Below are positions 31,215 to 41,356 of a stretch of DNA of 64,000 nucleotides, piece by piece. Source of the stretch: a virus; IMG/VR virus record IMGVR_UViG_3300028549_001560; one strand, given 5' to 3'. How positions within the stretch are numbered: position 1 is the stretch's first letter; the number at the start of each line of letters is the position of its first letter. A program made the position numbers and the translations under genes. Below the pieces are notes generated by a model, which saw only the letters and a program-made list of their open reading frames with translations, searched no databases and was not told the DNA's origin.

Positions 31215-31493
31215 TTACGTTATTTGAATTTCGTCGTCTTTTTCTTTTGTTTTATTCTCTTTCCTATCGAATGCAGTCTTTACAAATACGCCGATGACTA
31301 CGCCGGCTAAACTGTATGATATACTCTCTAATATCATCGCGTTGTTGTGTGGTATCTCCTTGAACATAGAAAACACCATAACAGAAACTCCAAGTGATAT
31401 CAAAGCATACAAACTCACAATGCCTACATACCGTGTACTACTCTTGCCACTATTGGGCTTTATCAATTCACTAAATTTCACCATAATCCGCAT
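31215..31493 (-). CDS. Two-TM small protein with charged C-terminus (92 aa); holin candidate
   Basis: TM1 YVGIVSLYALISLGVSVMVFSMF, TM2 ILESISYSLAGVVIGVFV, tail DRKENKTKEKDDE. Confidence 0.5.
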   Translation of the reverse strand: MRIMVKFSELIKPNSGKSSTRYVGIVSLYALISLGVSVMVFSMFKEIPHNNAMILESISYSLAGVVIGVFVKTAFDRKENKTKEKDDEIQIT

Positions 31494-31549
31494 ATTTCAT
31501 TTGTATCTCACTCCTACCTGCTTCCCATAACACTAGCAAAGCATCTAAT

Positions 31550-31711
31550 CTATTCATTAATAACCTCCGCTTCTATAGGTTCTAATTGTCCATCATCAGG
31601 AATCTCATCCCAAGTTACACCAAATGGTACATAAACTTCTTTTGCATACATATCTGCTCCATTGTGAAGCAGATATCCATCTCTTGCTGTTATTTTTACT
31701 GTTGTTTCCAT
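31550..31711 (-). CDS. Unlisted small ORF (53 aa), hypothetical
   Basis: The ATG at 31711 lies 1 nt after the TAA of the 720-aa gene. Translation METTVKITARDGYLLHNGADMYAKEVYVPFGVTWDEIPDDGQLEPIEAEVINE*. Below the 60-aa track cutoff. Confidence 0.5.
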   Translation of the reverse strand: METTVKITARDGYLLHNGADMYAKEVYVPFGVTWDEIPDDGQLEPIEAEVINE

Positions 31712-31712
31712 A

Positions 31713-33875
31713 TTATGCTAATTGCCATTCTTTTAGTGTTGCTTTATCTTTTTGTGCTTGCGATAACTTGTTTAAGTTGGTAGCTCCAAATGTTGCTACT
31801 TTATTATAATTCAACTCATAAGTTCCTGCTACCATACTAGTACTAGCTGTCATTGTCATTTGATTATTAGTTGGAATAGTTGCTATAGTGTAGCTTCTAT
31901 TTGTTCCAGCTATATTCACAATTACCACTTGACCCACTCTGAATATCTCTTGAAAGTTAGCGTGACCAGTTAGTGCTGACCCATCTGACTTTACAGCATT
32001 CCAAGTTGTAAGCGCACCTGCTGTTATTTGTACAAACACATTCTCTTGTGCGGTACTTCTAAGGTCTAATAGTCTGTCTATTATAAATGTTTCAATTTCT
32101 GATGCTGATAATATAGGTGGATATGTTGACCCGAAATTTATTGAATAGTTCCATCGGTCCTCAAGTTCTATTTTCATAGGCGGTGTGGTTGGTGTCGCAG
32201 ATGTTGCAAACGAATCACCAGCAAATCCAACAAAAGACAATGACGGCTTTGATATATATATATATGAAAGTAATCCACAACTATTAAACATATACGTACT
32301 CGCTATATTTAAATTCTGAACCCCGCTAGGCAGAATAAAACTAGTCAAACTTGAACAAGTAGAAAATGCGTATTGTGCTGTCAGTATTAAGTTTTCCATT
32401 GAATCAGGAAATTTTATATAAGACAAGTAATAGCATTGATAAAATGCCTGACCGCTTGTAATTGAAAGTGATTTTAAACTACTAGGAAATACTAATTCTC
32501 GTATTCCCGACTGAATAAATCCGCCTATATTAGCTGTTAATAATCCTTCTGGAAAAATAACTTGAGTTACATTTGAGCTGGTAAATGTACCTGAATTAAT
32601 GGTCAACTCAAGCATACCTTGAGGAAATACTACTTGAGTGCATCCAACCTGATAGAACATATTGTTTCCTATTGTTAGTTTTTTTTCTGAGTCAGGTACA
32701 GTATTCGAAAAATCAGGAAATTTAAAAAATGTCAGCGTATTTGCACGTGTTTGGTCAGCTTGTTGAATAAATTTGAACGTGTTATTAGCTGGGTCGTCAG
32801 TACCATTAGTTAACCTATAAGTTTTATCGAATGATATGTTTTGAATAACACAACCATTCATATTAAAACCTTGAATCGACACATTATAAATAAATAACCA
32901 AAGTATTTTTCGAACCCAGTTAAATGCAGGGTCGCCAATACTAGTTTGAAATGCGTGTACAGGATTTGGACTTGATGATGAAAACACTATCCATCGTGTT
33001 AAAAATCCAGCGTTTCCTTGATAGCCTCCAATAACCGTTATAATAGAATCATTTGCTGTTGGGCTTGCATCTCCATTCCCACTAATAAGTGTAATTTCTT
33101 TTATGCTTTCTACAGTTGAGTTATATAATGCAATAGCTTCATTTATTGTTTCACCAATATGTACCGTTAAACTTACATTTCCAACAGCTCCATAGTTTTT
33201 AGCTTCAATACGAACCACATTAGTCATCCACGTCATTTGACCTTCGTAAAATGCTTTCGTTGCAGGTTCATTATCTTTTGATGTGTCGAAGTTATAAAAG
33301 CCTGTTTGTGTGGTTGAATTTCCATCAGACATATCAAATCTGTTTGCTCCTTGCAGGTAAACTCTAGTAACTCCGTATGGAATTAATAAAGCGTATTTGT
33401 AAGGAACTGAAATATCATTAACTGAGGCTACAGCCTCACTCAAATCGTGCCAATATTCAGGCAGCCCGCTTGTTTGTGCTACGTTAATTGATGATGAAAT
33501 AGCTCTAATTTTTTGAGCCACTAATACCGAATTATCAGTATTGTTAACTTGCTGTCCTTTATCTCTAACGGCTTGGCAGATAATTGACCTATCTACATTC
33601 ATTTCATTAACAAGTGTTTCTGTTGCAACTTGCCCAAAATCAATTTCGATGGTTAATTTATCACCAGTAGCTAATGCAGGTATTGTCCCAGTAAATGTAA
33701 CTACACTACCAATAACAGAAACGATGTTATCTTTTTGCATTGAGCTTGCTATAACAACCTTTTGTGTTTCGTTGATAATAAGCCTAATATCTTCTACGGT
33801 AAAACTACGTGTGTCGTTTACTGTAATCGCCCTACTACCATTGGTAAAGCTGTATTGTTTAATTAAGTCTCTCAT
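31713..33875 (-). CDS. Tail fibre/receptor-binding protein with BspA-type leucine-rich repeats (720 aa)
   Basis: Repeats of the form FPxxLxxLxIxxxxAFxxCxxLxxIxxP, e.g. SGQAFYQCYYLSYIKFPDSMENLILTAQYAFSTCSSLTSFILPSGVQNLNIASTYMFNSCGLLSYIYI. Confidence 0.6.
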   Translation of the reverse strand: MRDLIKQYSFTNGSRAITVNDTRSFTVEDIRLIINETQKVVIASSMQKDNIVSVIGSVVTFTGTIPALATGDKLTIEIDFGQVATETLVNEMNVDRSIICQAVRDKGQQVNNTDNSVLVAQKIRAISSSINVAQTSGLPEYWHDLSEAVASVNDISVPYKYALLIPYGVTRVYLQGANRFDMSDGNSTTQTGFYNFDTSKDNEPATKAFYEGQMTWMTNVVRIEAKNYGAVGNVSLTVHIGETINEAIALYNSTVESIKEITLISGNGDASPTANDSIITVIGGYQGNAGFLTRWIVFSSSSPNPVHAFQTSIGDPAFNWVRKILWLFIYNVSIQGFNMNGCVIQNISFDKTYRLTNGTDDPANNTFKFIQQADQTRANTLTFFKFPDFSNTVPDSEKKLTIGNNMFYQVGCTQVVFPQGMLELTINSGTFTSSNVTQVIFPEGLLTANIGGFIQSGIRELVFPSSLKSLSITSGQAFYQCYYLSYIKFPDSMENLILTAQYAFSTCSSLTSFILPSGVQNLNIASTYMFNSCGLLSYIYISKPSLSFVGFAGDSFATSATPTTPPMKIELEDRWNYSINFGSTYPPILSASEIETFIIDRLLDLRSTAQENVFVQITAGALTTWNAVKSDGSALTGHANFQEIFRVGQVVIVNIAGTNRSYTIATIPTNNQMTMTASTSMVAGTYELNYNKVATFGATNLNKLSQAQKDKATLKEWQLA

Positions 33876-33876
33876 A

Positions 33877-36800
33877 TTATAATCCTGCGTATATTAAGTT
33901 TAAAAGTTGTTGACCGCTAAGTCCTGTTGCTTGTTGTTTCTCAGCATCTAACTCGTACAAAGCTTGCTCTACATTAGTTGCAGATAAATTGCCACTAGGT
34001 ACAAAGGTTACATTAGCTGCTTGTGCTGATGTTCCTCCAGCAGTTGTTGTTAGTGCTGTGGTAATCTTACGTATGTCATTAGCTGCTACTAATCCAGCGT
34101 ATTTACATCCCACATTATAAGCTCCACCTCCACTTCTGTCAACATAGTGAATTAGCTGGTAAAGTGGCCTAACCTCAGGGTCTCTTGCTGTGGCGTAAAG
34201 ACTTTGTATCTTCGGCCAATTATAAGCTTGTGCGTTAGCATAGCTTGTAAATTCTTGGTCGGCTGACATAATGTTTATGCATTCACCGTACACGGGGTCT
34301 GGGAATGCATACACAAAGTTAACCATCCACCTATTGTCGGCTACTTGAGTTCTAACTCCTGTTTGTGTTATGTATTCAGGGATGTTATTTGTAGCATTCC
34401 AAAAGAATGGAAACCTACTTGCTGCTGCAAAGTCTAATAACCCATTAACATCATTTATCCTTAGTTTGAATAATCCTGAGTTTGTAGCATTTAAAGAAGC
34501 TGCTGCTGTATTACCCATATTTTGACCAAATACAGTTCCTGCGGTTGTGGTGTTAATTAGCGTGCATTCTAGTCCATCGTCCGATAGCGTACCACCTGTT
34601 AATGAGATTACAGTGTTCCTACCATCAGAATTTGGTGTAGAAGTCGGTACTCCACTAGCATTGCTTGCTAATACATTAGCCACAACATCAAAACCTCTTA
34701 ATGCCTGTGTTCCAAAAGAGTGTTTCCAAGCGTGGTCAGCAGCACTTATGTCGTTCATATGTGCTTCCCAATCACGTTTTACAATTTTGGTTGCGTCAGG
34801 TTTTGTAGCATTTAAATAGAATCTAAACACTGTTGCTATTGTATTGAAATCACTCCAAGCTACCTGTGTAGTTACTGGTGCTCCTGTGTTATCAAAGTGG
34901 AAATACCATATACCTGTGGTGTTTGTAAATACCGGGAATGTAACTGGTGCAGTTTTCTCCCATTTATTAATAACTCCTGCGCCATCAGTAAAGAATCGTA
35001 TTGGATTTTCTGCTGTCACTGGAGTACCACGTTTAGTTGATGCAATAGTTAAAGTATTAGCTACTGGGTCAATTATTATGTCTTCTGGGTATATTGGGCA
35101 TTTTGCGCATATACCAACGTTTTGCATTGCTTTTAAATCTAATGCACTGTTTGTATCGTCAGCTACAGCTTCCAACTCAGCCTGAGTAGCGTAGTGAGTG
35201 TCAATTTGGTTGCCTAGTGCATCATAGGTGGCATAATCAGCACTATTGGCGTAATCAGCGTAATCAGCAGAACCAGCAGAACCAGCAATAGCGGCAAGAG
35301 CGGCTAAATGAACATCGGCTATAGAATTTTCTCCAGTGCTTGGGTCGGAAATCGTTTCAGTACTTTGGTTTGCTTTTAGTAATAATTGCTCATCAACATA
35401 AGCTTTAGTTACATCTCCTCCACCTCCAAATTGATCTTTTGGTACTAGATATGCTTTACCATTTCTTTCAATAATAACTTTATCACTATCAACTACGGTA
35501 GACGTTTCAGACATGCCACTAATCCTAACGTCTCGTAATGACGAAACAGGGAATAATATACTCGCTGGATTTAACCCAGATCCACCAACTACTTGGCTAG
35601 CATCGTATTTCCATGATTCATCACCGGTGACACTCAATACTACATTAGGATTTGTCTGTATCAACACCTTCGCGAACCTATCAAAAGAAGAGCTATGATC
35701 TATATTTTTTATAGAGACAGATAATCTATCTCCAACAGTACCTGTATTATCCTTTATATATATTGGCTGTATAGTCTTTGTTGGGTCTGCGTTGATTGAT
35801 GAATTTGAGGTATTGTGATATATATCGTTCAGCCTTACATTTCCAGTGCTATTTATAAATGGGCCATTCAAAACTATATGCGGTATAAATGGATTACCCT
35901 CATACGAATCCCCTCTAAATATAGCATAATCAAGCGAAGCTCCACCATTAGATGACTTTATGTATCCAGTGCTGTTTGGCAGGAAAAACGCGGCGTTCTT
36001 TATATTTGGAGAGAATATTGAGAAATTATTACCATTCAATTTAAAATTAACTATCGGAACACCCTCTATTTGTACTTGTTTTGTCCCAGTCAATGACACA
36101 TCAGATCCAAATATCATGTCTCCTTTTGCGTATATCTTAGCTGGCAGAGATTGCGCCTGAGCGCTATTCCAAGCCGATATAAGCTCACTTAAATTTGAAA
36201 CATAGTAATTAACCACTACATTGTTTCTAGCCTCGTATACGTCATCTAAAATGGCTCTAGCGGAGGATATGATGCTAGAAAATGACACTCTTCTCGCGAA
36301 TCCGGCAGTCGGGTCATTGAAGAGGAATGAATCTAGACTTTCACAGACGTCCTTTTGATCAAATGAATCTATTACATACCCTACACTAGAAGGAGCTGGA
36401 TCTACGAAGTCTACATTTGCGGTAGCTAGCGTTATTGACCCTGCTGCTCCCTTCAACATTCCAGTTATGGTGGTCTTATCCTTTTCGCTCATAGGTGTTC
36501 CGTGCGTATGGTCCGCCCTAGCATATGCGCTAGAAGTACCTACATTTGATAGTAATCCATATACAGTCTCCGCAGCAACATAATGTGTTGATGGCAATGG
36601 GAATGTGTCTACAGGCGTTGCCCATGTTCCATCTGATCTTAAGAATAGCAATGTACCACCAGCTAATTTCGGTAAGAATCCATGCTTGCTAGTTGTGGCA
36701 TTATTTACTATGGAGTCCGATGTTATTAGATCTGACTCGCTATGGGTGTGTGATAGAGGAGCTCTTGCATCTGAGAGTCTTGGATCCAGCCCTTCGACGG

Positions 36801-37212
36801 CTTTTCCATTCTCACTTCCAAATCCAGGAAATGATACAATCGATGTTAGCTTTAGCTTATCTGCAGCAGACATAGCTCCTGGAGCTAGCGATGTAGCTTC
36901 TTGTATCGATACGATGTTATTTTCAACAATTATTGGAGCCGTACCTGAGACTTGGATAGTCTGACCTCCGCCACCCATGTCAGCCTCTTCAAATACACCA
37001 CCTACTAATTTGTATATTTTGTCTTCGGATATAACATTCACAAGCATACCTTCTGACCTCCTATCTTGAGTTATAGAGTTTAGCTCGGTTATATTTGCAA
37101 CAGACCTATAACCACCCCTATTGTATTTCTCGTCGGTTATAGCATATGTATCGGCCGAGTCATTTGGCGCTAACAAACCTGTTATTGATATAGCTCCTTG
37201 TATTTTTGACAT
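33877..37212 (-). CDS. Tail fibre/spike protein (1,111 aa)
   Basis: DPRLSDARAPLSHTHSESDL and ARADHTHGTP motifs, typical of phage tail-fibre N-terminal regions. Lies in the fibre cluster. Confidence 0.6.
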   Translation of the reverse strand: MSKIQGAISITGLLAPNDSADTYAITDEKYNRGGYRSVANITELNSITQDRRSEGMLVNVISEDKIYKLVGGVFEEADMGGGGQTIQVSGTAPIIVENNIVSIQEATSLAPGAMSAADKLKLTSIVSFPGFGSENGKAVEGLDPRLSDARAPLSHTHSESDLITSDSIVNNATTSKHGFLPKLAGGTLLFLRSDGTWATPVDTFPLPSTHYVAAETVYGLLSNVGTSSAYARADHTHGTPMSEKDKTTITGMLKGAAGSITLATANVDFVDPAPSSVGYVIDSFDQKDVCESLDSFLFNDPTAGFARRVSFSSIISSARAILDDVYEARNNVVVNYYVSNLSELISAWNSAQAQSLPAKIYAKGDMIFGSDVSLTGTKQVQIEGVPIVNFKLNGNNFSIFSPNIKNAAFFLPNSTGYIKSSNGGASLDYAIFRGDSYEGNPFIPHIVLNGPFINSTGNVRLNDIYHNTSNSSINADPTKTIQPIYIKDNTGTVGDRLSVSIKNIDHSSSFDRFAKVLIQTNPNVVLSVTGDESWKYDASQVVGGSGLNPASILFPVSSLRDVRISGMSETSTVVDSDKVIIERNGKAYLVPKDQFGGGGDVTKAYVDEQLLLKANQSTETISDPSTGENSIADVHLAALAAIAGSAGSADYADYANSADYATYDALGNQIDTHYATQAELEAVADDTNSALDLKAMQNVGICAKCPIYPEDIIIDPVANTLTIASTKRGTPVTAENPIRFFTDGAGVINKWEKTAPVTFPVFTNTTGIWYFHFDNTGAPVTTQVAWSDFNTIATVFRFYLNATKPDATKIVKRDWEAHMNDISAADHAWKHSFGTQALRGFDVVANVLASNASGVPTSTPNSDGRNTVISLTGGTLSDDGLECTLINTTTAGTVFGQNMGNTAAASLNATNSGLFKLRINDVNGLLDFAAASRFPFFWNATNNIPEYITQTGVRTQVADNRWMVNFVYAFPDPVYGECINIMSADQEFTSYANAQAYNWPKIQSLYATARDPEVRPLYQLIHYVDRSGGGAYNVGCKYAGLVAANDIRKITTALTTTAGGTSAQAANVTFVPSGNLSATNVEQALYELDAEKQQATGLSGQQLLNLIYAGL

Positions 37213-37213
37213 A

Positions 37214-39421
37214 TTATATTGCTGTTATTGTTAGTGCTGCCGAGGTAGCATTTGTTGTTCTTATAAATTTATATTGAGATGACACGCCGTATCCATTTGT
37301 ATATGTTCTCAGTATGGGTGACTCCATACTTACTGCAAATCCAGTGTCTTTATTCTTATATGAAGATGGGGTTGATACTAAGTTCTCTATACATATCCAT
37401 TTGTATGAATTTGAGATAGCTGGGAATATATAATCTCTAGCAGCCGTACTTGAACTTATAGACGTAAACGATGTTAGAAGTGTAAGTAGGTCAGTATTGG
37501 ATACTGGTATAGATGACAATGTTGATCCACCGTAGTATATTTTATATGAAAATGTCCTAGTAAATACAAGCAGATCTATAGAGGTATTTGTAGATCCTAT
37601 TATATCGCTCTCAATCCTTAGGTATACTTTTATTGATGAAGCAGTCATTATGTTTGGTATTGCAATTACAGATCCGGAATATACTATTTCACCAGCAGAG
37701 GTTAATGCTACGTTTGTGCTGTATGATGTAGCAATAGATGGTGTGTTTACTATACTAATTGTTTCACCATATTTTGTCTTCGATCCGCTAGAGTTTAGTT
37801 CTACATACAAAGAACAGCTAACCATTGATGTATTTGCTGTCTGTCTTGCAACTGTGAAAGCAGTAGATGCCAAAAGAACATTGCCATAATCGTAATTACT
37901 TTGAGATATAGGAGTAGTAGACAACGCTGGTTGAATAAAGCCTGGAAATGACATAGATGTATTTGATATAGCAGACATTGAATTGCTATCTGTTATTGTT
38001 ACTTTGTATTTTATATCAGATGTATTATTTGATGATATGTCAACACTTTCTGTATATGTAGCGCTATTACCAACGAATGTCAACGATCCTTTATTTATCC
38101 AAGTAGACCCATCTCTAGAAAATTCTAGCTTAGATGATGATAATGTAGCGCCTGGTGTTGTTATTGAATAGTTGATAGATAAATTTATAGAAACTACTGA
38201 TGTTTGATTATACTGTAATTGCGCTGTATTGTTTGTTATTGACACTGTTGGATTCGACGATTCGAACGCCACATGTCTTAGAAACTGAGAAGCAGTCCAT
38301 CCTGTTTCTGGTATAGCAGTTATCTGGTATTGAGATCCAGTACCATTGTATCTTCCAAATGATTTACCAACCGGAAGATATATGTAGAATGGTGGTAAAA
38401 TTAACTCGCCTACACCATCAGCACCATCCTCTCCTTTTTCTCCTTGAATTCCTTGTGATCCTTGTTGACCTTTTTCTATAAGCAGAACCCAATCCTCTGA
38501 TACTCCAGGTAGTTTATTGTCGCTAGGAGAAATACTTGGTATAGCACAGTAATAGACATTTCCTGAGTGCGTTTCATTCCCAGTAGCTCTAACAGCATCT
38601 CTAAATGAATACGTAGTACTATTGCTATGCTGGCCGAGATAATTTAATCCCGTCAGTCCGGTATCACCCTTCTCTCCGTCAAAGTAGTCAACGCCTTTGA
38701 TTGGTGTATATCCATCATTACCATCTTGACCTGTATCCCCTGTATCTCCTTTTACACCCACTAGCTGCCCATAATCTATCCATAATGTTCCGTTATACGC
38801 AACTAAATGACCACCCTTATCGCCTACAAGGCTTGGAGCTATAACCAATGGATCTGAGCGTAAATCGCCATTTGGATCTACTAATACAAAATAGTAATTA
38901 TCCGAGACACCTAATGTCTCTCCCTCCAATACTACAGAGTCAGTTAATGCCCCTCTATAATCTGGAAGAAAGTTTTGTCCATCACTACCATCTCTGCCGT
39001 TATATCCATTGGCTCCCCTCTCTCCAGTATCTCCTTTTATACCAATCACTGTAGTTGTATCTGAAGCTTGATCATCTATTACAGATGAGTTTGAAAATTT
39101 CAAATTAGTCCTTCTCGGTACTGGCGTACTAGTGCTATCTAGAATTATATGACCAGACCCTGAACCTAACTTCTCCCACGAACTTAAGTTTGAGTATCCT
39201 GCAGCTGACTTTAATCGATATATACCATTATTGTCAATAATAGGATCTCCATATACTGCAGTTATCATTCCATCATATAGATAGATACTTCCATCAGAAC
39301 TAGTCCATACTGATTGATTCGTCAGATCTGACATTAATTGCACCCTGCCTCTTGCATCTATTGGCTCCACAAATTTCACTTCGAAATTCCCAGAGTAGTT
39401 TGACGTGCCTTTGCTTCTCAT
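37214..39421 (-). CDS. Tail fibre protein with collagen-like Gly-X-Y tracts (735 aa)
   Basis: GIKGDTGERGANGYNGRDGSDGQN; GVKGDTGDTGQDGNDG...GEKGDTGLTGLN; GQQGSQGIQGEKGEDGADG. Confidence 0.65.
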   Translation of the reverse strand: MRSKGTSNYSGNFEVKFVEPIDARGRVQLMSDLTNQSVWTSSDGSIYLYDGMITAVYGDPIIDNNGIYRLKSAAGYSNLSSWEKLGSGSGHIILDSTSTPVPRRTNLKFSNSSVIDDQASDTTTVIGIKGDTGERGANGYNGRDGSDGQNFLPDYRGALTDSVVLEGETLGVSDNYYFVLVDPNGDLRSDPLVIAPSLVGDKGGHLVAYNGTLWIDYGQLVGVKGDTGDTGQDGNDGYTPIKGVDYFDGEKGDTGLTGLNYLGQHSNSTTYSFRDAVRATGNETHSGNVYYCAIPSISPSDNKLPGVSEDWVLLIEKGQQGSQGIQGEKGEDGADGVGELILPPFYIYLPVGKSFGRYNGTGSQYQITAIPETGWTASQFLRHVAFESSNPTVSITNNTAQLQYNQTSVVSINLSINYSITTPGATLSSSKLEFSRDGSTWINKGSLTFVGNSATYTESVDISSNNTSDIKYKVTITDSNSMSAISNTSMSFPGFIQPALSTTPISQSNYDYGNVLLASTAFTVARQTANTSMVSCSLYVELNSSGSKTKYGETISIVNTPSIATSYSTNVALTSAGEIVYSGSVIAIPNIMTASSIKVYLRIESDIIGSTNTSIDLLVFTRTFSYKIYYGGSTLSSIPVSNTDLLTLLTSFTSISSSTAARDYIFPAISNSYKWICIENLVSTPSSYKNKDTGFAVSMESPILRTYTNGYGVSSQYKFIRTTNATSAALTITAI

Positions 39422-40743
39422 TATGATTTAAATTTTATTGTTCTTGAGCCTATTTGTCCTCCATTATGGCTATATATATTATAGTTTTCATAAATTCCAG
39501 ATCCTGGCTCGGCAGTAAACGTATTGATTATATTTGTAGTTCCATATAGTCCGGTTGTCTCATCCTTTTGATATGCCTGTGTGATAAATGAACCATTACT
39601 CCTCCAACTTTTTGGTATTAATATCTTTTGCTTTTTTAGCACCCCAGAAAAAGACTCCTCTTTTGCTAAAGTCACAACTATATCTAATCCATAGGCGGTC
39701 AATGGTGTTACTTCACTAACGGAATTTGTGTTTGATAGAGTAGCATATACTGGATGTACTCCATCTATTATGATTGTCTTTATTGATGTTGATCCAGCTG
39801 GAAGCGCCTGTGCAGAATATTCATTACCTCTAGACGACAGAGGTCTTTCGCCTTGGCTATAATATACTTTCGATGTCCACGTATTCGACCCAGAAAGTAT
39901 TGTATATGACTGAACTGACTGAGAGTTTGTTGTAGCTCCAGCAGAAATGCCTGATACATTTGTCAATCCAGTTCCAGTGTATTCATATAGGTTCGATTGT
40001 CCACTTCTAAACCCAGATGTACCATACGCAGGGCTAATTAAACCCCTACTAAAAGAGGTTGTGAAGTTTATCGTAAGTACGGATCCTATCTTCTGGATTA
40101 ATGGTACATTACATCCGAATGATGATGATGGGTCTGATAATGTCGTTGGGTAGAGTTCTTTATATAGCATCTGATCTACAACTTGCATAATCGTCTTCCC
40201 GCTTAGATTGCTCCCTGCCGGAATATAACCAACCGATATGGCAGTTCCTTCTGTGGTTGTTATAGTATCAAGTCCTGCCGCTAGTTTAGCATTAAATTCT
40301 GACTCAGTACCAGTATATCCACCTGATACAGCGCTCTGATACGCGGTCTTGCCGTCAGAACCCTTTACTGAAACTGATGATGGATTTGGAAGCCCGCCAT
40401 TATTAGACCACGAGATTACGCCTTCTGCAGATACAGATGGTGTATATGTATCACCAGTTAACCCAGTAGCTTTAACGCCAGAATCAATAAACTCACCAGT
40501 GGTATCACTATATATCATCCAAGTGTTTGTACTTGATATATATGGACTTCTTCCGTTCTTTCCGTCCTCTCCTGGATCGCTCTGTCCTATTCCGGATATA
40601 GACTTATATGTCTCTGTGTCTCTATCAAAATACTTTATTACAGATCCATCTGGATCTTCAGTTAAATCCATCCAAAGAACATTTAGTTTTGGATCTGGAG
40701 CATATTTAGACGAGAATATTCTTTGTTTTGAATTAACTAGCAT
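39421..40743 (-). CDS. Tail fibre protein (440 aa)
   Basis: Short collagen-like GEDGKNGRS, plus GKTAYQSAVSGGYTGTESEFNAKLA, a motif common in phage tail-fibre proteins. Confidence 0.55.
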   Translation of the reverse strand: MLVNSKQRIFSSKYAPDPKLNVLWMDLTEDPDGSVIKYFDRDTETYKSISGIGQSDPGEDGKNGRSPYISSTNTWMIYSDTTGEFIDSGVKATGLTGDTYTPSVSAEGVISWSNNGGLPNPSSVSVKGSDGKTAYQSAVSGGYTGTESEFNAKLAAGLDTITTTEGTAISVGYIPAGSNLSGKTIMQVVDQMLYKELYPTTLSDPSSSFGCNVPLIQKIGSVLTINFTTSFSRGLISPAYGTSGFRSGQSNLYEYTGTGLTNVSGISAGATTNSQSVQSYTILSGSNTWTSKVYYSQGERPLSSRGNEYSAQALPAGSTSIKTIIIDGVHPVYATLSNTNSVSEVTPLTAYGLDIVVTLAKEESFSGVLKKQKILIPKSWRSNGSFITQAYQKDETTGLYGTTNIINTFTAEPGSGIYENYNIYSHNGGQIGSRTIKFKS

Positions 40744-40745
40744 AA

Positions 40746-41027
40746 TTAGTATTTAATCATTAATTGTCCTGATGAGGTTCTATATATTTTACCTGTAGGT
40801 AGTTCTGCTGCAGCCGTGTTATCTTCGAATACTGGTACATTTTGCAGTACTGCATTTGTTTTAGATGCATATATGGCATCAAGTCCAGAAAGCACGAATA
40901 CCTTTACAACAGCCATGCTTGTTCTAAACGTCTGCCAATAAGATCCCATATCTATTGATATTGGAAATGCACTAGATGGGCCAACCGTACTGGTGTGCTC
41001 GAGTTCTGTTATCTTTTTTTCTTTCAT
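40746..41027 (-). CDS. Hypothetical structural-module protein (93 aa)
   Basis: ORF with tight spacing to neighbours. Confidence 0.55.
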   Translation of the reverse strand: MKEKKITELEHTSTVGPSSAFPISIDMGSYWQTFRTSMAVVKVFVLSGLDAIYASKTNAVLQNVPVFEDNTAAAELPTGKIYRTSSGQLMIKY

Positions 41028-41031
41028 TTTA

Positions 41032-41355
41032 TTATAGTTTTAAAATAAATGAATCTTCTGTTATTATATCAAATTCATCCTCTGTCGTTAATTTATAACC
41101 AGAAAACAAATAACTGTCTGGCATCGTAAATATATCTAAATAGCTGCATGATTTAACGAGCTCATTTATCTTTCTAGATATTAAGTTTATATCAGATTCT
41201 TCGTAGAAGTTATTTATCATGTACTCCCTAATCTTTCCAAGTTCACTAAGTGCTATTATATATGATGTATCTATATCTCTTCTCTTAATGTTCGTAGCAA
41301 TAGATCTCTTTAAAGCGTATGCGGTTGATATTACCGTCTTCCTTGTATCTATCAT
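41032..41355 (-). CDS. Hypothetical structural-module protein (107 aa)
   Basis: ORF with tight spacing to neighbours. Confidence 0.55.
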   Translation of the reverse strand: MIDTRKTVISTAYALKRSIATNIKRRDIDTSYIIALSELGKIREYMINNFYEESDINLISRKINELVKSCSYLDIFTMPDSYLFSGYKLTTEDEFDIITEDSFILKL

Positions 41356-41356
41356 A

